DNA of 64,000 nucleotides from Guillardia theta CCMP2712 (GCF_000315625.1 NW_005434536.1:1-64000); one strand, 5' to 3'; positions 1-10,708 are shown, counted from the stretch's first letter. The notes: generated by a model not told the origin, from the sequence alone. A program made the numbers and translations.

Positions 1-3000
1 ACCCACCCGGCTGACAGGCTCACCTGACCGGTCACGTGACACATCACGTGACCGAGACAAGACTTTTTTATATCGCACATCCAAAAACCCATAGGACATT
101 TCTCCCAGGGGGAAGAAAACCTCCCTTGACCCCCCTGTTTCTCGACGGATCCTGCCGGCCGGGCCCGTCAGTAGACCGACTGCAGCCTTCAGCCCCGCCT
201 CAGACCCCCTGGAGGCCCGCCAGGAGGCTAAGTGTCCGGAGATTGGCCGGGGGCCTGATCTCTCCGGGCGGCCGTGACCGGTCAGCGGACCGTGTCAGCA
301 GGCCCGTGACATGTCAGCCGGCTGACAGGGGCCGTGACCCGGCTGACAGGCTCACCTGACCGGTCACGTGACACATCACGTGACCGAGACGACAAGACTT
401 TTTTATATCGCAGATCCAAAAACCCATAGGACATTTCTCCCAGGGGGAAGAAAACCTCCCTTGAACCCCCTGTTTCTCGACGGATCCTGCCGGCCGGGCC
501 CGTCAGTAGACCGACTGCAGCCTTCAGCCCCGCCTCAGACCCCCTGGAGGCCCGCCAGGAGGCTAAGTGTCCGGAGATTGGCCGGGGGCCTGATCTCTCC
601 GGGCGGCCGTGACCGGTCAGCGGACCGTGTCAGCAGGCCCGTGACATGTCAGCCGGCTGACAGGGGCCGTGACCCGGCTGACAGGCTCACCTGACCGGTC
701 ACGTGACACATCACGTGACCGAGACAAGACTTTTTTATATCGCAGATCCAAAAACCCATAGGACATTTCTCCCAGGGGGAAGAAAACCTCCCTTGACCCC
801 CCTGTTTCTCGACGGATCCTGCCGGCCGGGCCCGTCAGTAGACCGACTGCAGCCTTCAGCCCCGCCTCAGACCCCCTGGAGGCCCGCCAGGAGGCTAAGT
901 GTCCGGAGATTGGCCGGGGGCCTGATCTCTCCGGGCGGCCGTGACCGGTCAGCGGACCGTGTCAGCAGGCCCGTGACATGTCAGCCGGCTGACAGGGGCC
1001 GTGACCCGGCTGACAGGCTCACCTGACCGGTCACGTGACACATCACGTGACCGAGACAAGACTTTTTTATATCGCAGATCCAAAAACTCATAGGACATTT
1101 CTCCAGGGGAAGAAAACCTCCCTTGACCCCCCTGTTTCTCGACGGATCCTGCCGGCCGGGCCCGTCAGTAGACCGACTGCAGCCTTCAGCCCCGCCTCAG
1201 ACCCCCTGGAGGCCCGCCAGGAGGCTAAGTGTCCGGAGATTGGCCGGGGGCCTGATCTCTCCGGGCGGCCGTGACCGGTCAGCGGACCGTGTCAGCAGGC
1301 CCGTGACATGTCAGCCGGCTGACAGGGGCCGTGACCCGGCTGACAGGCTCACCTGACCGGTCACGTGACACATCACGTGACCGAGACAAGACTTTTTTAT
1401 ATCGCAGATCCAAAAACCCATAGGACATTTCTCCCAGGGGGAAGAAAACCTCCCTTGACCCCCCTGTTTCTCGACGGATCCTGCCGGCCGGGCCCGTCAG
1501 TAGACCGACTGCAGCCTTCAGCCCCGCCTCAGACCCCCTGGAGGCCCGCCAGGAGGCTAAGTGTCCGGAGATTGGCCGGGGGCCTGATCTCTCCGGGCGG
1601 CCGTGACCGGTCAGCGGACCGTGTCAGCAGGCCCGTGACATGTCAGCCGGCTGACAGGGCCGTGACCCGGCTGACAGGCTCACCTGACCGGTCACGTGAC
1701 ACATCACGTGACCGAGACAAGACTTTTTTATATCGCAGATCCAAAAACCCATAGGACATTTCTCCCAGGGGGAAGAAAACCTCCCTTGACCCCCCTGTTT
1801 CTCGACGGATCCTGCCGGCCGGGCCCGTCAGTAGAGCGACTGCAGCCTTCAGCCCCGCCTCAGACCCCCTGGAGGCCCGCCAGGAGGCTAAGTGTCCGGA
1901 GATTGGCCGGGGGCCTGATCTCTCCGGGCGGCCGTGACCGGTCAGCGGACCGTGTCAGCAGGCCCGTGACATGTCAGCCGGCTGACAGGGGCCGTGACCC
2001 GGCTGACAGGCTCACCTGACCGGTCACGTGACACATCACGTGACCGAGACAAGACTTTTTTATATCGCAGATCCAAAAACCCATAGGACATTTCTCCCAG
2101 GGGGAAGAAAACCTCCCTTGACCCCCCTGTTTCTCGACGGATCCTGCCGGCCGGGCCCGTCAGTAGAGCGACTGCAGCCTTCAGCCCCGCCTCAGACCCC
2201 CTGGAGGCCCGCCAGGAGGCTAAGTGTCCGGAGATTGGCCGGGGGCCTGATCTCTCCGGGCGGCCGTGACCGGTCAGCGGACCGTGTCAGCAGGCCCGTG
2301 ACATGTCAGCCGGCTGACAGGGGCCGTGACCCGGCTGACAGGCTCACCTGACCGGTCACGTGACACATCACGTGACCGAGACAAGACTTTTTTATATCGC
2401 AGATCCAAAAACCCATAGGACATTTCTCCCAGGGGGAAGAAAACCTCCCTTGACCCCCCTGTTTCTCGACGGATCCTGCCGGCCGGGCCCGTCAGTAGAC
2501 CGACTGCAGCCTTCAGCCCCGCCTCAGACCCCCTGGAGGCCCGCCAGGAGGCTAAGTGTCCGGAGATTGGCCGGGGGCCTGATCTCTCCGGGCGGCCGTG
2601 ACCGGTCAGCGGACCGTGTCAGCAGGCCCGTGACATGTCAGCCGGCTGACAGGGGCCGTGACCCGGCTGACAGGCTCACCTGACCGGTCACGTGACACAT
2701 CACGTGACCGAGACAAGACTTTTTTATATCGCAGATCCAAAAACCCATAGGACATTTCTCCCAGGGGGAAGAAAACCTCCCTTGACCCCCCTGTTTCTCG
2801 ACGGATCCTGCCGGCCGGGCCCGTCAGTAGACCGACTGCAGCCTTCAGCCCCGCCTCAGACCCCCTGGAGGCCCGCCAGGAGGCTAAGTGTCCGGAGATT
2901 GGCCGGTGGCCTGGGGCCTGATCTCTCCGGGCGGCCGTGACCGGTCAGCGGACCGTGTCAGCAGGCCCGTGACATGTCAGCCGGCTGACAGGGGCCGTGA

Positions 3001-5597
3001 CCCGGCTGACAGGCTCACCTGACCGGTCACGTGACACATCACGTGACCGAGACAAGACTTTTTTATATCGCAGATCCCAAAACCCATAGGACATTTCTCC
3101 CAGGGGGAAGAAAACCTCCCTTGACCCCCCTGTTTCTCGACGGATCCTGCCGGCCGGGCCCGTCAGTAGACCGACTGCAGCCTTCAGCCCCGCCTCAGAC
3201 CCCCTGGAGGCCCGCCAGGAGGCTAAGTGTCCGGAGATTGGCCGGGGGCCTGATCTCTCCGGGCGGCCGTGACCGGTCAGCGGACCGTGTCAGCAGGCCC
3301 GTGACATGTCAGCCGGCTGACAGGGGCCGTGACCCGGCTGGACAGGCTCACCTGACCGGGTCACGTGACACATCACGTGACCGAGACAAGACTTTTTTTA
3401 TATCGCAGATCCAAAAACCCATAGGACATTTTCTCCCAGGGGGAAAGAAAACCTCCCTTGAACCCCCCCTGTTTCTCGACGGGATCCTGCCGGCCGGGGC
3501 CCGTCAGTAGACCGACTTGCAGCCCTTCAGCCCCGCCTCAGACCCCCTGGAGGCCCGCCCAGGAGGCTAAGTGGTCCGGGAGATTGGCCCGGGGGCCTTG
3601 ATCTCTTCCTGGCGCCGTGATCCGGTCAGCCGGAACTGTTGTCATCAGGCCCGTGAACATGTCAGCCGGCTGACAGGGTCCGTGACCCGGCTGACCAGGN
3701 NNNNNNNNNNNNNNNNNNNNNNNNNNNNNNNNNNNNNNNNNNNNNNNNNNNNNNNNNNNNNNNNNNNNNNNNNNNNNNNNNNNNNNNNNNNNNNNNNNNN
3801 NNNNNNNNNNNNNNNNNNNNNNNNNNNNNNNNNNNNNNNNNNNNNNNNNNNNNNNNNNNNNNNNNNNNNNNNNNNNNNNNNNNNNNNNNNNNNNNNNNNN
3901 NNNNNNNNNNNNNNNNNNNNNNNNNNNNNNNNNNNNNNNNNNNNNNNNNNNNNNNNNNNNNNNNNNNNNNNNNNNNNNNNNNNNNNNNNNNNNNNNNNNN
4001 NNNNNNNNNNNNNNNNNNNNNNNNNNNNNNNNNNNNNNNNNNNNNNNNNNNNNNNNNNNNNNNNNNNNNNNNNNNNNNNNNNNNNNNNNNNNNNNNNNNN
4101 NNNNNNNNNNNNNNNNNNNNNNNNNNNNNNNNNNNNNNNNNNNNNNNNNNNNNNNNNNNNNNNNNNNNNNNNNNNNNNNNNNNNNNNNNNNNNNNNNNNN
4201 NNNNNNNNNNNNNNNNNNNNNNNNNNNNNNNNNNNNNNNNNNNNNNNNNNNNNNNNNNNNNNNNNNNNNNNNNNNNNNNNNNNNNNNNNNNNNNNNNNNN
4301 NNNNNNNNNNNNNNNNNNNNNNNNNNNNNNNNNNNNNNNNNNNNNNNNNNNNNNNNNNNNNNNNNCAGGCTCACCTGACCGGTCACGTGACATATCTAGT
4401 GACCGATACAAGACTTTATTATATCGCAGATCCAAAATCCCATATGACATTTCTCCCAGGGGCAGAAACCCTCTCTTGACCCCCCTGTTTCTCGACGGAT
4501 CCTGCCCGCCGGGCCCGTCAGTAGACCGACTGCAGCCTTCAAGCCCGCCTCAGACCCCCTGGAGGCCCGCCAGGAGGCTAAGTGTCCGGAGATTGGCCGG
4601 GGGCCTGATCTCTCCGGGCGGCCGTGACCGGTCAGCGGACCGTGTCAGCAGGCCCGTGACATGTCAGCCGGCTGACAGGGGCCGTGACCCGGCTGACAGG
4701 CTCACCTGACCGGTCACGTGACACATCACGTGACCGAGACAAGACTTTTTTATATCGCAGATCCAAAAACCCATAGGACATTTCTCCCAGGGGGAAGAAA
4801 ACCTCCCTTGACCCCCCTGTTTCTCGACGGATCCTGCCGGCCGGGCCCGTCAGTAGACCGACTGCAGCCTTCAGCCCCGCCTCAGACCCCCTGGAGGCCC
4901 GCCAGGAGGCTAAGTGTCCGGAGATTGGCCGGGGGCCTGATCTCTCCGGGCGGCCGTGACCGGTCAGCGGACCGTGTCAGCAGGCCCGTGACATGTCAGC
5001 CGGCTGACAGGGGCCGTGACCCGGCTGACAGGCTCACCTGACCGGTCACGTGACACATCACGTGACCGAGACAAGACTTTTTTATATCGCAGATCCAAAA
5101 ACCCATAGGACATTTCTCCCAGGGGGAAGAAAACCTCCCTTGACCCCCCTGTTTCTCGACGGATCCTGCCGGCCGGGCCCGTCAGTAGAGCGACTGCAGC
5201 CTTCAGCCCCGCCTCAGACCCCCTGGAGGCCCGCCAGGAGGCTAAGTGTCCGGAGATTGGCCGGGGGCCTGATCTCTCCGGGCGGCCGTGACCGGTCAGC
5301 GGACCGTGTCAGCAGGCCCGTGACATGTCAGCCGGCTGACAGGGGCCGTGACCCGGCTGACAGGCTCACCTGACCGGTCACGTGACACATCACGTGACCG
5401 AGACAAGACTTTTTTATATCGCAGATCCAAAAACCCATAGGACATTTCTCCCAGGGGGAAGAAAACCTCCCTTGACCCCCCTGTTTCTCGACGGATCCTG
5501 CCGGCCGGGCCCGTCAGTAGAGCGACTGCAGCCTTCAGCCCCGCCTCAGACCCCCTGGAGGCCCGCCAGGAGGCTAAGTGTCCGGAGATTGGCCGGG
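1..5597. repeat. Tandem array of a 332-bp GC-rich, palindrome-rich unit (~17 unit lengths including the gap; probably continues left of the window)
   Basis: The same unit recurs in register at 36, 368, 703, 1035, 1365, 1696, 2028, 2360, 2692, 3031, [gap], 4386, 4718, 5050 and 5382. Copies are near-identical with a few indels and one recurrent SNP (GTAGACC/GTAGAGC). The last partial unit ends at ...GAGATTGGCCGGG (5597). Confidence 0.99.
3700..4365. other. Assembly gap (666 N) inside the tandem array
   Basis: Run of N. The flanking repeat copies degrade toward the gap, as low-quality read ends do. Gap length is about two repeat units. Confidence 0.99.
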
Positions 5598-5672
5598 AAG
5601 GACCTGATGGATCTAGCGTACAAGATCCGGCACGGCTTCGTGCGTTTCCCTGCGGAGACTGCGACGTTGTGA
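5598..5672 (+). pseudogene. Probable 3' stub of a gene cut off by the tandem array (KDLMDLAYKIRHGFVRFPAETATL*)
   Basis: 24 codons with G/C-rich third positions like neighbouring genes. The TGA lies 2 nt from the stop of the convergent gene at 5675, matching the tight packing elsewhere. Confidence 0.4.
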
Positions 5673-5674
5673 GC

Positions 5675-5881
5675 TTAGTGGGTGTATGCCTTGGAAGCGA
5701 CGAGGAGGCCGATGTCCTCGGGGAGGAGGCGGGGGAGGTGGACGTTGCGGAGGGCCTTGGAGATCTGGATGGAGAGGAAGATGGCGAAGATCTGCAGGGA
5801 GAAGATGGCGAGGATGAAGCCGAGGAGGAAGCGCCTGGCTGCGGTCGTGTGTTTCCCGTTCCTGGATGACCCCGGGGCCAT
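5675..5881 (-). CDS. Small single-pass membrane protein (68 aa)
   Basis: MAPGSSR start; hydrophobic segment FLLGFILAIFSLQIFAIFLSIQI; GC3-rich codons. Confidence 0.6.
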   Translation of the reverse strand: MAPGSSRNGKHTTAARRFLLGFILAIFSLQIFAIFLSIQISKALRNVHLPRLLPEDIGLLVASKAYTH

Positions 5882-5994
5882 TTGTTTTGTTTTGTTTGTT
5901 TGTGCCATTGCCTGGATCGTAAATAAATGGATTGTGTGTAATGCTTCGTTCCATCCGTGTATTTGGGGAGTGCATGGGAGGGGGACGGTAAAGT

Positions 5995-6441
5995 ATGCAG
6001 CATATGCAGAGTAGGCTGGATACTGCGATGGAGTGCCCGTGGGGGTACAACCGCCTGATCCATGACTTCTTGGACCTGCTGCAGAGAGAGGACGAGCTCG
6101 CGATGCAGGGGCATTCCTTTGGCCCCCTCTCGGAAGAGCGCCTGACGTACGGGCCGGAGGGTCTGAGGATCGTCTCCCCCATGGTGTACAAGGGGGGGAA
6201 TGCGGCGGTCCAGCACGTCCAGTGCGTGAGGAGTGTGTTCCGGGTGTTCTGCCGCGTGTGCCACCGATGGATGCGGGGTCAGGACTGGACGTTCGTGGCG
6301 TGGCGGATGCTGGATAGCAACGACGCGAGGTTCGATCAGCGGTACCAACAGGACTACCTCCTGACGCTGTCGGAGCAGAGTCCGCGGGTGTACAAGAACC
6401 TGCTGATCTGCATCAGGAAGCCGCGGTCTTCCGTTCTTTAA
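5995..6441 (+). CDS. Hypothetical protein (148 aa; start may be 6028)
   Basis: GC3-rich ORF; stop lies 7 nt from the convergent gene; contains CxxCH. Confidence 0.65.
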   Translation: MQHMQSRLDTAMECPWGYNRLIHDFLDLLQREDELAMQGHSFGPLSEERLTYGPEGLRIVSPMVYKGGNAAVQHVQCVRSVFRVFCRVCHRWMRGQDWTFVAWRMLDSNDARFDQRYQQDYLLTLSEQSPRVYKNLLICIRKPRSSVL

Positions 6442-6448
6442 TGATCCT

Positions 6449-7360
6449 TTATTGGATGACCATTCCGTCATCCTCGTCCGACCCGACGACGATGAGCAGG
6501 TCGTCGAGGGTGTTGCCCGTCCTCGACCGGTAGAGGACAGAGCTCGTGCGCAGGTTATTGGAGAGGCTGTTGGCCTGCCGGCTCATGTCCTGGATGCGGG
6601 TCAGGTGCTCCTGTAAGGCGTCGAGCGCCTCGCCGTTGAGCTCCGCCCGCATGGACTCCGCGATGTTCATCACCGAGGTGCAGAGGGTGTTTATGAAGCT
6701 GGCGTTCTCGTGCACCCTGCGGGTCATCTGGATGTTCCTGTTGTTGAGCTCCTCGATCGTCTCGCGGAGGGCCTGCATGTCGATGCGGGTGTTCTGCCAC
6801 TCGTGATAGAAGTAGAGCATGTTGCTGGTGGTGAATTCCATGCCCGTCTCGCTCCGTATCCTGTCCCGCTCCTCTTGCATCCGCATCCGCTCCCTGTGCC
6901 GGTCGCAGGCGATGCGCAGGCGGTGCCGCATCCAGCCCGCGTGGTTCTTGCCCTTGTCGATGCGGTCGAGGAAGACGACGAGCCCGTTGTTGATGCCGCG
7001 CTCGATGACGTCGCAGCTGATCCCGTTGCGGCAGAAGGAGCAGAAGCGCTCGAGCTGGGCGGCCGTGATGTTGTGCCTTGTGGGGATGTGGACAAGCATC
7101 TCCCAGCGGTGTGGCACTACCTCGGAGGACCAGTACCACTCGGCCATGAAGCATGCTTGCAGGAGGCGGAAGACTGAGACGCGGAAATGGATGTCACCGA
7201 AGCCGTAGAACGCCGCCCTCTGCACCGCGTCGCTGTGCTCGTTTTTCGGGGCGACGATGTAGTTGCTCATCTCGATGAGGAAGTCGGTGAAGGCGGGCAG
7301 CGACGCCGGGTCGATGATGCTGTGGATCAGGACGTGGTCGTACTTCCCTGAGAGGGACAT
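6449..7360 (-). CDS. Hypothetical protein with C-terminal coiled coil (303 aa)
   Basis: Long ORF with heptad-like C-terminal half; AATAAA overlaps the stop (TTTATT 6448-6453 on +). Confidence 0.8.
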   Translation of the reverse strand: MSLSGKYDHVLIHSIIDPASLPAFTDFLIEMSNYIVAPKNEHSDAVQRAAFYGFGDIHFRVSVFRLLQACFMAEWYWSSEVVPHRWEMLVHIPTRHNITAAQLERFCSFCRNGISCDVIERGINNGLVVFLDRIDKGKNHAGWMRHRLRIACDRHRERMRMQEERDRIRSETGMEFTTSNMLYFYHEWQNTRIDMQALRETIEELNNRNIQMTRRVHENASFINTLCTSVMNIAESMRAELNGEALDALQEHLTRIQDMSRQANSLSNNLRTSSVLYRSRTGNTLDDLLIVVGSDEDDGMVIQ

Positions 7361-7422
7361 CGATGTTGTTTTGCCGTGCGTGGTGCGGGGGTGTGCTAAG
7401 TGATGGATGGATCCCTTTTTTT

Positions 7423-7689
7423 TTATTCATTCAAGGAGAAGTCCGAGTCGGATAGGGAGGAGGATTCGGCGTCGGATTCTACCGGCGAGTGGATCGGCGT
7501 GAAGGTCTTCCTTTTCTTCACTGGGGTATTTGGCACCTGCAGATCAACCTTGGTCGGCAGCGGGGACAGGATCCCGTCGAAGTCGTCCTCATCCTCGCTG
7601 CATTCTGCCTTTCTTGCAAGCTTGACGAATATGGTGTCCTCGTTGAGCGACTTGATGAGCCAGGGGGCGAGCTGCGGCGTGGTGGCCAT
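7423..7689 (-). CDS. Small acidic Ser-rich protein with NLS-like motif (88 aa)
   Basis: MATTPQ start; PVKKRK; several SP/TP sites; AATAAA overlaps the stop (7422-7427). Confidence 0.6.
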   Translation of the reverse strand: MATTPQLAPWLIKSLNEDTIFVKLARKAECSEDEDDFDGILSPLPTKVDLQVPNTPVKKRKTFTPIHSPVESDAESSSLSDSDFSLNE

Positions 7690-7820
7690 GCGTGGTAGGT
7701 GGTGCGTGGGAATGGCCAGTGGCGGCCCTGTTTTTAAAAAAGGGTCCGGAGGGGGATTTGAATTCTTTTTTTTAAAAAAAAAACGGTCGCGGGGCTCAAC
7801 GGCAAGCGTAGGGGCAAGCA

Positions 7821-8543
7821 ATGCCGGGCCGGCCTCAGATGAGTGTGTCGGATTTTGTATCAGAGCTGCGCGGCATCGTGTGTGCGACGAAGGATGTGGC
7901 GGTGGAGGAGGAGATTTGTGAGTCTACCTCATGCTTCAGCACATATGAGAACTTCAAGGATTACTGCTGCAACAAGGCCTTTGAGGTCATCGGGGACGAC
8001 AACCAGTACAAGCGGTACTTCTCTCAATGCAAGGAGAACGCCGATGTCTGGGCGATCAAGGTTCACGCGGGGGTGCAGCAGGTGATGGGAGACATCAAGT
8101 CTGTGCAGGCCATGGTGGAGACGCTGCAGACACAGGGGAAGGAGAAGCTGTACCGTCTCTGCCTGGAGGTGATGACGAGCTCCGCACCCCCCGTACGACG
8201 GAAGAATGGGTGGTTCATCTGCAGCATCTCGGGAGCCAGGTCGGACATGTGCGTGGAGGTGGGAAGGCAGGGGAAGGATTCATTCTCGATTGTGGTTCAC
8301 CAGAAGTTCTCCCCCTTTATCCTCTATCTGTGGTTCTGCTGCAAGATCGAGCACATCGTCAAGAACCAGGTGCGGGTATGGGTCGGGAGACAGGACACCG
8401 ACGAAGTCGACCAGCTTTGCAGGCTCTTCCAGGATGACGACGCCCTCGTGCAGAGGTGGTACAGCATCTTCCGCTGCTCCGTAGCCCATGTAAAGCTGTC
8501 TATATTGAAGGAGTCTAGGAGCCACTCCGTAGGTATTTCATAG
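7821..8543 (+). CDS. Hypothetical Cys-rich protein (240 aa; start may be 7839)
   Basis: Long ORF with coding-like composition; stop lies 1 nt from the convergent gene. Confidence 0.8.
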   Translation: MPGRPQMSVSDFVSELRGIVCATKDVAVEEEICESTSCFSTYENFKDYCCNKAFEVIGDDNQYKRYFSQCKENADVWAIKVHAGVQQVMGDIKSVQAMVETLQTQGKEKLYRLCLEVMTSSAPPVRRKNGWFICSISGARSDMCVEVGRQGKDSFSIVVHQKFSPFILYLWFCCKIEHIVKNQVRVWVGRQDTDEVDQLCRLFQDDDALVQRWYSIFRCSVAHVKLSILKESRSHSVGIS

Positions 8544-8544
8544 A

Positions 8545-9258
8545 TTATGTGTAAGACAAATGGCCGTGCCGGAGCCGGTCCATGTCCACCCTCCTGCAGT
8601 GAGGCCTGATGATGTGGTAGAGGTCGCTGGGAGTGCAGAGCCGGCTGTTCTCGCTGATCAGCCTCCAGAGCAGCTTCTTCCGCTGGATTGGGCTCTCGTC
8701 AATGAGCGCCCCGGCGAGTTCGTCGTTGTGCAGGCTGTTGCGCAGGGCGAGGACAAAGGCCTGGGAGCAGAAGACCTTCTTGACCTGAAGAGAGCTTTCG
8801 TTGGGGACGTCCTCGAAGAATCCGCTGTCCGGGAGGACGGTCTTCAGCGGTTGGTACAGCAGATCGGCGAGGTTGTACGGCACGCGGCGCTCCACCAGGT
8901 CGATGGCGTAATCGAAGAGCTTCGTGCTTTCTACTGGATCGAGGCGAAGGTGCAGTCCCTCATAGTCCCGACTGTTGTAGGACTTTCGCATGTTCACCGA
9001 CATGCTGAAGTGCTCGCCCATGAAAGTGGTGAGGCTCGGGCTGTCGTTGGGCTTCTCTTCCCGATGCACGTACAGGTCCACGTGTGCAAAGGGGCCCGTC
9101 ATGAGCTTGATGATCCGGTCGGATAGCATCACCGGCCGCCGGAAGACGAAGACACACTGGATCGGGCTCTTGCGCATGGGGTTGTCGCCGCTTGACTCTG
9201 GTGGGGGCTTCGTCGCCTCCTCCCCGTCCTCCTCACCGATGCTGAAGTTCGGTTTCAT
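8545..9258 (-). CDS. Permuted papain-like (NlpC/P60-related) amidase/peptidase (237 aa)
   Basis: His-before-Cys order with family motifs: GPFAHVDL, VPYN, VFCSQ, CTPSDLY. A TATA-like element ~30 nt upstream of ATG 9258 supports this start (the ORF extends to 9321). Confidence 0.8.
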   Translation of the reverse strand: MKPNFSIGEEDGEEATKPPPESSGDNPMRKSPIQCVFVFRRPVMLSDRIIKLMTGPFAHVDLYVHREEKPNDSPSLTTFMGEHFSMSVNMRKSYNSRDYEGLHLRLDPVESTKLFDYAIDLVERRVPYNLADLLYQPLKTVLPDSGFFEDVPNESSLQVKKVFCSQAFVLALRNSLHNDELAGALIDESPIQRKKLLWRLISENSRLCTPSDLYHIIRPHCRRVDMDRLRHGHLSYT

Positions 9259-9365
9259 TTTGGTGCGCTCGCTCTCCCATCTTATGTATATAGACACAGA
9301 GGCTCTGTTGGGAGAATCCATTTAAGGTTATTAAAACAAGGAATCGGCAAGGTACTACGGGTGTG

Positions 9366-9905
9366 ATGGATGATACGAATCTGCGGTTGCAAAACCTTGA
9401 AGAAAAGTTAGATTATATGAATCAAATCATTCAATCACACCAGACCCGCTTGGATGCGGTGAATCCTGTACTTGATTTTTTCAATCAAATGCAACATAAG
9501 ATAAACGAATTTAATAAGCAGCATCATATACCACTCAATGAAAAGCTAGAAGAAATCTTTGTTGCGGTGGAGCGCGTTGATCAAAACTTGGATAACCTGA
9601 AGAAAATACTTGAATTTGTGGATCTTTGCGCAAAGGAGCAGCACGCTCAAAGCAACGCGGGCGATGCAGAACCATCAAAGGATATACAGGACCGTGTGTA
9701 CAGACTGGAGCACGAGTATAACTCGTTGAAAATGGCTGTAGATGGGATCGTCAAGATGAAAGATGACATTAAGCATATTCTCACTGTGTCGGGTTCGATC
9801 AACTCCGATGATAGACTTCTATTCGCCCAACTTGGTGTCATCCGCTCGGACCTTCAAGACGTGGCTTCGACTTTCCGGGACTACCAAAACGGAATGTACC
9901 GCTAA
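9366..9905 (+). CDS. Hypothetical coiled-coil protein (179 aa)
   Basis: Heptad-rich ORF; AT-richer than its neighbours; overlaps the convergent gene by 4 nt. Confidence 0.7.
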   Translation: MDDTNLRLQNLEEKLDYMNQIIQSHQTRLDAVNPVLDFFNQMQHKINEFNKQHHIPLNEKLEEIFVAVERVDQNLDNLKKILEFVDLCAKEQHAQSNAGDAEPSKDIQDRVYRLEHEYNSLKMAVDGIVKMKDDIKHILTVSGSINSDDRLLFAQLGVIRSDLQDVASTFRDYQNGMYR

Positions 9906-10603
9906 GGGTGCTTGTGAATATCAACCAACAGGCGGTCCATGCTCTTCCCCCTCCTCTCGGGCTCTTCGGTCTCGTTGGCATGCTTGTCTTCGGCAGCTTT
10001 CTCGTCGTGCTCCTGTCTCACGGCGACGGAGGGGAGGAGGATGCCGGGCTCGGGGGTGTGGCAGCAGTGGGCCTGCGTGTGCCCCGGTCCCTCGGACCTG
10101 ATCCAGGCGGCGTAGCGCTCGGGATCGACGACCTTGCCCTTCATGAACCTCAGGCTGGTGTAGACGTTGACGATGAGGTCGGCGCAGATGCGGATGATGA
10201 GGAAGTCGACCTGGGAGAGCATGACGAAGAGCGCGAAGACGTTCATGACGCAGCAGTACAGCGCCCAGATCTGCGTGATCATGATGCAGGTAAATTTCGA
10301 GTAGGGGAGGAACTTGGTTTTGTGGTCCTGGATGGTGTTCTGGATCCAAGGGGAGATAGCGTCACCGACAAAGTCGTTAATGGAGGTCGAGACGAAGGTG
10401 AAGACGGCGACGCAGTTCCACTTGTACCAGCTGTTGATCTCCACGCCCATGATCTTGGAGTGCTCACCCGGCCCAAGCGTCATGAAGTTCGAGTCCGTCA
10501 CCCCGAGCTCGGAGAAGATCGCCAGCACCATCACCATCCAGGTCATCAGGAGGACGCAGGTCAGCCTCTTGTCCTCGAAGAGGCGGTGGAGGAGGTAGAT
10601 CAT
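9902..10603 (-). CDS. Multi-pass membrane protein (233 aa)
   Basis: About four hydrophobic segments. The pattern FMTLGP...INSWYKW...PWIQNTIQD resembles, from memory and unverified, an uncharacterised membrane family of large DNA viruses. Confidence 0.8.
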   Translation of the reverse strand: MIYLLHRLFEDKRLTCVLLMTWMVMVLAIFSELGVTDSNFMTLGPGEHSKIMGVEINSWYKWNCVAVFTFVSTSINDFVGDAISPWIQNTIQDHKTKFLPYSKFTCIMITQIWALYCCVMNVFALFVMLSQVDFLIIRICADLIVNVYTSLRFMKGKVVDPERYAAWIRSEGPGHTQAHCCHTPEPGILLPSVAVRQEHDEKAAEDKHANETEEPERRGKSMDRLLVDIHKHP

Positions 10604-10670
10604 GTCCCGCTTTTTATGAACTTACCGTCTCTGGTCTCGCCTAATTATATCCCCGAGTATGCGATAACTA

Positions 10671-10708
10671 AACACGGCAGCCACTTGGTCTCGCCTGCAC
10701 CCTCTCCA
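10671..10708 (+). repeat. 38-bp direct repeat, copy 1
   Basis: AACACGGCAGCCACTTGGTCTCGCCTGCACCCTCTCCA; 34/38 identical to 12600-12637, with the last 22 bp identical. Confidence 0.9.

Noticed and set aside
3340-3699. Apparently diverged repeat copy next to the gap
   Set aside because: Errors increase steadily toward the gap, as expected at a read end, so this is not treated as biological divergence.
3538-4479. Long ORFs spanning the N run
   Set aside because: Artefacts of the assembly gap.
1-5597. CRISPR array, telomere or rDNA interpretation of the tandem array
   Set aside because: There are no unique spacers, no short telomeric motif and no recognisable 5S/rRNA sequence.
36-5672. Repeated ~107-aa ORFs (MTHHVTETR...) in each array unit
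   Set aside because: They start at GTG, the 332-bp unit is not a multiple of three, indels break several copies, and no domain is recognisable. They are a by-product of a GC-rich repeat.
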